This document shows, piece after piece, positions 55,901-59,598 of a stretch of DNA of 59,598 bases. Position 1 is the first letter of the stretch, and each line of letters opens with the position of its first letter. Under the pieces are notes generated by a model. It searched no databases and was not told where the DNA came from. It saw nothing but the letters and a program-made list of their open reading frames with translations. This DNA comes from Stylophora pistillata. Lineage: Eukaryota. A program made the translations under genes and the position numbers. The stretch is taken from the NCBI RefSeq assembly GCF_002571385.2, contig NW_019218306.1, positions 75,538-135,135 of the forward strand, given 5' to 3'.

Positions 55901-58900
55901 ATCATACAGACATACAGTAGACCAGTCAGACACTTAGTGAGTGAATCAGTTAATTATTCACATTAGTAACCTACCTGTCCAGTCCCCAGCGATTCGAATA
56001 TGTACAGAGAAGAAATCATCCTCAGGGGCCTAGGAGCAAAGGAAATGTTCGTGGTGTTCTGTTAGTACAGTACACACAATATGGGCGCCTACTTCTATAC
56101 GTGTTATCTGTATTATTTATGAACTGGACATCTAGTGACAGGAGGCAAAACGACGCTAAGCGTAAATATTCTCCCTGGGTTCGAACTTTCTTAACAACCG
56201 ACCCGTAGTAGAACACGTTGCTATGTAAACAGCATCAATATACAGTACAATAAGTAACAAAAAAAATAATAATATTTTTTTTATCAAAGGAGTATTTTAT
56301 CTTCAAAACATCTGCTTAGAGTTCTGTGTAGTATTTACTCACCGATGTCAAAGTGAAAGGATGCCACTCCAAATGAGAGAGTTTGGGACACTTCAGAAAA
56401 ATGTACTGGAATAAAATAGGAAAAAACGAACAGCTCATTTATCTGAGCCATTAGCTCTTTGATAATTATGTAAATGTAAAATTTATCATATTGCGTTGTC
56501 TTTTTGTAAGAAATACGTCCTCGCAGAGAGCAGCTCGGTAAAACTGCCAATGATTACCCCTCTCTATGAAGTAATCTCCGCTGAAAAAGAAATTCGAAAA
56601 AATGATTCAAGTACAAAAAAAACTAATATACCTGTCCAGCATCATGATGGAAGCCAGCTTTCTTCATCTGGATCTCGATAACTCTAGATGGATGGTTAAC
56701 TACCTACATGACAGTTAATATCAGTCACTATTAGCTCGCTGTCATTTGATTGAGGAATTCTCAAATTGAATGTGATAAACTCCTAACTGTACATGTGAAA
56801 GCAGCTACAATAACCAATCACAAAAAAGATAAACAGTAAAATAATATTAATGCCTAAATTTGATGAGCCTTCTGACGGAACTCCAGTTGGTTTAATTAAA
56901 GTGCCTTTCTCATTATGAGAATTTGAACAGGCTACTTATCTATTCATAATTTGGTAATATCAACTAGGTTGAAATTATAAATTGGCCACCGTAAAGGCTT
57001 AAAAAGCTGACGTTTCGAGCGTTAGCCCTTCGTCAGAGCGAAGTTTCTTTAGAAACTTATCCCCTTTAAACTTATCTATTCGCCTATGTGTATTGTCTTG
57101 TGTTGCATCCATAATCAGATTGTTCCGCATATAAAATATGGCTTTTCGTCCGCATGAAATGAGGACCATCGCATGAAAACCAAAGTGTCATGTTATAACG
57201 GATACCTTATTTAATTGAATATGAGGCTCCGCTGGCGAGATTTTAACGCATGAGTTATAGAAATGATATCAGTCGGATACACAAAGACATCTGTTTCCAG
57301 ACGTTCATAGAAAATATCAAATAGCAGGAAACCGGTCGAGCTTACTTTCATAATTTTAACTGTCTGGAATGAGCGATAAAATCTGATTCCACGTTCAACG
57401 AGGTACAGGAACATTGGTCCAGCAACCCACTTCCAGGTCTGTAAGAGAAAATAATTGTTAGTTTAAAAGGAATGATGTTCAATTTTGCGCGTGCTCATCG
57501 AATCAAGAAACATTTTTACGTATTTATCGAAACAGTGTAACACAAAAAACTGGGTCTACTCTGCTAAATTGAATCTCAGACTTTCTGATTTCGCGTTTGG
57601 ATACTCTGACAACTGAGCGATAAAGAAGTTGTAGATGATAAAGCCATTTACAAGTAACATTCTACTAATAGGATCGTAAAATCTATGACTGTGACTTTAT
57701 CTTTCGTCACACCAGACAAATTCGAAATCGATCAACCTATCAGCATGCTAATGGATGGCCTGGCTCGCCACAAATCCCCTGTTTTTCACTGGTAGAGCTT
57801 CAGTAGAGCAGTAGCAGTAATCTGACGGTAATGGACTAGATTCTCTCATATCTTCTATGTCTTGTCTCTTTCACTTTACTGTTTTACAATATACTTAGGG
57901 AGATGTTTGTGAAAAATTAACGATAAAGGTAGATTTAATAATAATAAGCGTGGTAAAGGATGTGGCTTACTGCGAGTTTCAGACTTCCCTTAGTTTACCC
58001 ACTCGCAAAAATCTTGTTTGAATATCATTAAGTAATTGTAAATCTTAGGCGATCACCATAATTTGATGACTACGAACAAAATAGTTAACCCCTTCTCCCA
58101 AAAGAGCTGCTTCTACGACTACTCCCTCAATGGCAATTGAACTCACACATCCCAAGCAAAAGTTGACAGTGAATAAACACACGACTGAGTCACTCACATT
58201 CATTCCAAAAGGAACAAATTTGGGAAGTGCTTTGCAATCTCCCTCCTTGCCCCACATGGTCAAATTTTTGTGGCAGATTTCAGGGTCATGTTCATCAATG
58301 TTCTGCTGAAATCGTACCACACCCCTAGAGAGAATAAATATCTGTTAGTACTAGAGAGGTGTTTTTTTTTTTTTCGCGAGCGGTGGGCAGATATTGGAGA
58401 ACGATCTGTCGGCGTTATAGAAAGGTCCAGGATCGAGCCACACCCATACCCATCCATACTCTAACAATTTATCTTCTACTATTAGAGATACCTGAGCAGA
58501 CATCTGTGACTCATCACTGCATACCAAACAATTAGTTTAACAAAAGATACTCAACGGAAGTTCTTATATATTTTTCAATAAAATGCTATTTTATTCAATT
58601 TTATTCAGTTCAGGAAAAACTGGAGGGTACCGAGCAGGATCGCGGCGGAATCTTTTGCGGGAATGAATTGCGGGAATCTAGCTGCGGTTAGGCAAGGATT
58701 GCAGCGTGGTCCTGGCTGCAGTCCTGGAGGAAATACCTTCGGGATTAACCTTAACGGGTAATTCTATCAAAGAGCACACCACACTGGTCAATATACTTAC
58801 TGTATTCCATGAACAACCAGTCCAATGTAGAAGATCACAAACAGATGATGGTTATACCAAAACACTTCAAAATACGACCGCCTGTAAAGAAGAAAGAACT

Positions 58901-59256
58901 TAACATGATAGTTACGCTTAAACATGATAACATCGAAACCATGAAAATCAGAGCGCTAAAACATAAACACAACTTCATTACCTGATTAGTTCCGTGGCAG
59001 AAGAAAGCTGTTCGGGAAGAAAAACGAAAGGTAACTATGCTTGCAAACTTATAGAGTCAGTCTAGTGCTATAAGATATAGCTGTAGGTTTGTCAGTTCAT
59101 GAAAAGATCATTGATCAACCAATTAGAAAGCGCGTATCATCTTAGCTATTTTATAACCGTGGTTTAGTTCTAATCGACATTGCTAAATTAAGCTCATACT
59201 TAAACATACCATCAAAATGAGGCAAAGGGTTATGACAGCTCCAGTAATACCAGCCG
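52979..59256 (-). CDS. CYBB: NADPH oxidase catalytic subunit, NOX2/gp91phox-like; N-terminus lies beyond the right edge
   Basis: Exons 59210-59256 ([15 protein letters not shown]), 58982-59007 (LSSATELIR), 58801-58881 ([25 protein letters not shown]), 58198-58324, ~57345-57437 ([23 protein letters not shown]), ~56632-56703, ~56343-56405 ([10 protein letters not shown]), ~55976-56029 ([18 protein letters not shown]), ~55624-55688, ~55392-55428 (VDGPFG), ~55109-55191 ([11 protein letters not shown]), ~54548-54668, ~53480-53551, ~53249-53372 (YGRPEW), 52979-~53103 (GVFFCGP...YNKENF*). Confidence 0.93.
54105..54170. repeat. Subterminal repeats (gacaactcgcccc-like) of a DNA transposon fragment
   Basis: gacagctcgcccc / gacaattagcccc / gacaactcgcccc / gacaaccggcc in tandem. 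Confidence 0.45.
57006..57039 (-). ncRNA. Minimal type I hammerhead ribozyme motif (Penelope-like-element type) in a NOX intron
   Basis: Minus strand GCU CUGACGA A GGGC UAAC GCUC GAAA C GUC AGC: conserved CUGANGA and GAAA boxes, GUC cleavage triplet, stem I GCU/AGC, stem II GGGC/GCUC, and a palindromic ACGU in place of stem-loop III. Embedded in the repeat at ~56950-57070. Confidence 0.75.
57545..57850. repeat. Degenerate tRNA-derived dispersed repeat
   Basis: Decayed A-box-like cactggtagagc after tggctcgccac, with an oppositely oriented decayed half at ~57565-57625. Confidence 0.35.
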
Positions 59257-59461
59257 CTACAAATAATACAGGTAAACAAAATCAAACGTTATGTACAAAT
59301 TTCCCCATAGAAGGGGCTGGCAAAATGTGAGATGCCAATAACAAGGAGGAGAAGGGAACCAAGACTTTTAAAAAGCGGAGGCCCCACAATATCGATGTAT
59401 TGGAATTTTAAAGAATACCATAATAGTTGTTTTTTTTATACAAAAACGGGTGGGGTAGGGT

Positions 59462-59598
59462 GAGGTGAGGTCACTAGCACCCTACATCCTTGGAGGTGAG
59501 TTCAGTAGCATCCTACACCCTTGTGGGTGGGGTCACCAGCACCCTACACCCTTGGGGGTGAGTTCAGTAGCATCCTACACCCTTGTGGGTGGGGTCAC
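59462..59598. repeat. 31 bp minisatellite with alternating A/B variants (62 bp higher-order period); runs off the window
   Basis: ggtg(a/g)ggtcac(t/c)agcaccctaca(t/c)ccttg alternates with ggtgagttcagtagcatcctacacccttg. Confidence 0.9.

Noticed and set aside
36592-59256. Functional coupling of LIG4 (break repair) and NOX (ROS source) as a gene cluster
   Set aside because: They are only convergent neighbours about 850 bp apart; adjacency in an animal genome is not evidence of a shared system.

Overview
Eukaryotic, AT-rich, intron-rich animal DNA. The repeat families suggest a scleractinian coral, possibly Pocillopora-like (inference, not a database result). Nine protein-coding genes can be read exon by exon: SLC12A8 (-, runs off the left edge), a HACD1/2 (PTPLA-type) 3-hydroxyacyl-CoA dehydratase (-), a small 4-TM MS4A/CD20-like gene (-), an intronless tropomyosin-like coiled-coil ORF (+), DNALI1 (+, first exon not visible), an unrecognised coiled-coil gene (-), ZDHHC6 (-, DHHC and TM3-4 exons not visible), a ~30-exon LIG4 (+) head-to-head with ZDHHC6, and a NOX2/CYBB-like NADPH oxidase (-, 5' end beyond the right edge). 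Introns hold many MITEs and SINE-like repeats, and an intergenic CR1/L2-group LINE 3' fragment is present. The most notable non-coding signal is a dispersed element carrying a minimal type I hammerhead ribozyme of the Penelope-like-element kind. It occurs as an intact copy in a NOX intron, as fold-back copies, as the host of a tandem-plus-inverted tRNA-Thr-like insertion, and as a ~115 bp x 8-9 tandem array whose catalytic core is substituted. Other oddities are a probable stop-loss extension in HACD and non-GT splice donors in LIG4. There are five N gaps. No prokaryotic-type system (CRISPR, operon) is present.
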